This document shows, piece after piece, positions 62,226 to 64,000 of a DNA stretch of 64,000 nt. The position numbers and the translations under genes are program-made. The notes under the pieces were generated by a model, which was not told the origin of the DNA, did not search any database, and was given only the letters and a program-made list of their open reading frames with translations. This stretch comes from Parasitella parasitica NRRL 2501 (taxonomy: Eukaryota; Fungi; Mucoromycota): positions 64,633 to 128,632 of the forward strand of contig MU619269.1 in the NCBI GenBank assembly GCA_025201805.1, read 5' to 3'. Positions within the stretch are counted from its first letter, which is position 1. Each line of letters begins with the position of its first letter.

Positions 62226-64000
62226 ATGTATAATGCAATGATTCCTATAGCACCTGCAGCGCCCAATTCAACAAGCAAGACAACAAACATTCATAGGAAG
62301 AAGCGCACAAGAGCAAAGCGTAGCTGTGACCTGTGTCGAAAGAAAAAGACTCGCTGTGATAGCGATGTCAATCAACCTTGCACAAAATGCAAGCTTGCGA
62401 ACGCTGAGTGCCAGTTTCTCGTAGAGCAAAAGAAACGGGGCCCTTCATCAGGGTGAGTCGTCTATTTTTTTGATATAATGTGATTCCATCTGAATTCGTC
62501 TTTTGTAGGAGCTATGTGGAAGTTCTAGAGAATAGACTGCTGCGTATGGAAAAACTGCTACAGAACATTGCAAAAGAGAAGAGTCAGGATCCCATAGACA
62601 AAGATGATGCCAATTCCTCTAGTGTTGACCGAGACGGGTATGCTAATCCCTCGCCTCCATTAAAGAACCTTTGTTTTCTTAACTCTGCAAGCCTCGCTGA
62701 AGACCAAGATGCAGAGGCAATGCCTGAGCACTTGGACGACAACGACGACGATGACGCCGCGGCTTCACCCAACATGTCATGCCCAATGAAACAGCTGGAT
62801 GCTGGTGTGATAGAGAAGCAAATGCAGCAACTCACAATATCCGATTATCAACGCACCCGCTATCTCGGTGCAAGTTCGGGTGTCCATTTCTTGAATCAAG
62901 AACTATTCAGCACCAACAAGAAGCATCGCATACCAGAAGAGCCTTCCTGGTTTGTCCAGAAACTGAACAAAGACGAGGAAGAACATGTCATCATCAAGAG
63001 CAAAGAAGTGCTGCAGGCCACATTGAATATCGGACAGGACGGCATGATCAACCGTATCGCCCTGTTTGAAGATACCCCACATATGACTCAAGAATTCGTT
63101 GACTATCTGGTTCACATGCAAGTAGCGAATGCATAAAAAAAAAAAAAAAAGTCAGGCATACCAAAAGCTAATATCCTTTTTTTTTTAGGTACTTTACTCG
63201 TATTCACAGTTATTGTCCAATCATCAACAAAGTTCAATTTCTTGAGCAATACTACTATCACAGCCCCTCACCTCCTGACAAATACTTGCTGTATGCTATA
63301 GTGTTTATCGGCATATCCATTTTCAAGACTGATATTACAAACGCCAAAATTTTTAATTTCTCGGCCAGTGAATTGAACGAAATAGAAGAGTCCATGAAGA
63401 CCAAGGCACACAAGCTATTGAGCATTGTGTATAAAAGATCCATGATCAGCACTGTACAGGCATTGATGTTATTGAGCATGTTTATGGGACATGGCGAGAA
63501 CGATGACGAAGACACAAGCCATTGGTTCATCACAGGCATGGCTATTCGTATGGCACAGGACTTGGGTCTTCACCGCGATTGTTCAAAATGGCTGATTCCG
63601 GATTATGAGATTGAGCTTCGAAAGCGCATTTGGTTTGGTGCTTATCTGATGGATCGATGGGTTGCTGCTGAATTGGGAAGACCGATATCGATCATCGACA
63701 ATGAATTTGACGTAGAACTGCCTTCGCCTTATGAATTGAATTATACATCGTCAATACACTCAGAAAAGACGAGTTTTACACCCATCTTGATATTGGAGGC
63801 GGAAGAGGCATTGGAGGGAAACAAGCCAGTATATTCGTCATTTGTATATTTGGTAACACTATCACAGATCACAGGCCAAGTCTTGGTAGGCCTTCATTCT
63901 ACCAGAGCAAAGCAGAACCGACACAATAGTCTAGAACTTGTCAACATTCTCGATCGCAACTTGAACAATTGGAAGACTTCCTTGCCTCCAGAGCTGCAGG
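62226..64000 (+). CDS. Zn(II)2Cys6 transcription factor with fungal-specific TF domain (3' truncated by the window)
   Basis: RSCDLCRKKKTRCD...CTKCKLANAEC, YLGASSG and GMAIRMAQDLGLHR...RKRIWF. Confidence 0.93.

Noticed and set aside
63171-63180. ATATCCTT, a U12-type donor consensus
   Set aside because: It lies in the 3' part of an ordinary intron, and no AT-AC intron model is needed to keep the frame.

Overview
This is eukaryotic fungal genomic DNA, most likely Mucorales (Mucor/Parasitella-like). The assignment is inferred from AT-rich intergenic DNA, many short (about 50-70 nt) GT-AG introns, compact gene spacing and gene content. The window holds about 23 protein-coding genes: a mitochondrial succinate/fumarate carrier, a Sel1-repeat Skt5/Chs4-like protein, Nvj2/TEX2-like SMP protein, Tma20, a secreted E/K-rich repeat protein, Mic12-like, an MDR-family oxidoreductase, an AreA/Gat1-type GATA factor, two paralogous SLC38/AVT amino-acid transporters, a C1-domain/DysF peroxin, a GT-like type II membrane protein, transketolase, Psk1/Ypk3-like kinase, Djp1/Caj1-like DnaJ, DHTKD1-like E1, tropomyosin, DUF1746/Dsc4-like, an ABCB transporter, Elp1, proteasome beta1, CSN6 and a Zn2Cys6 factor cut by the window edge. 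There are five N-gaps. I recognised no tRNA, rRNA or CRISPR. The most notable observations are: (1) a 199-aa tropomyosin built by a 38-aa internal duplication, the same arithmetic as yeast Tpm1 versus Tpm2; (2) a DAG-type C1 domain fused to a Pex30-like DysF protein, with a probable 2-nt microexon; (3) a decayed, secreted DUF3472-like gene interrupted by a ~640-bp whole-length palindrome; (4) a spliced-looking, ORF-poor island at 24.7-25.2 kb; (5) a ~1.85-kb non-coding element with diverged direct repeats upstream of the areA-like gene. All family calls come from motif recognition by eye, and no searches were run.
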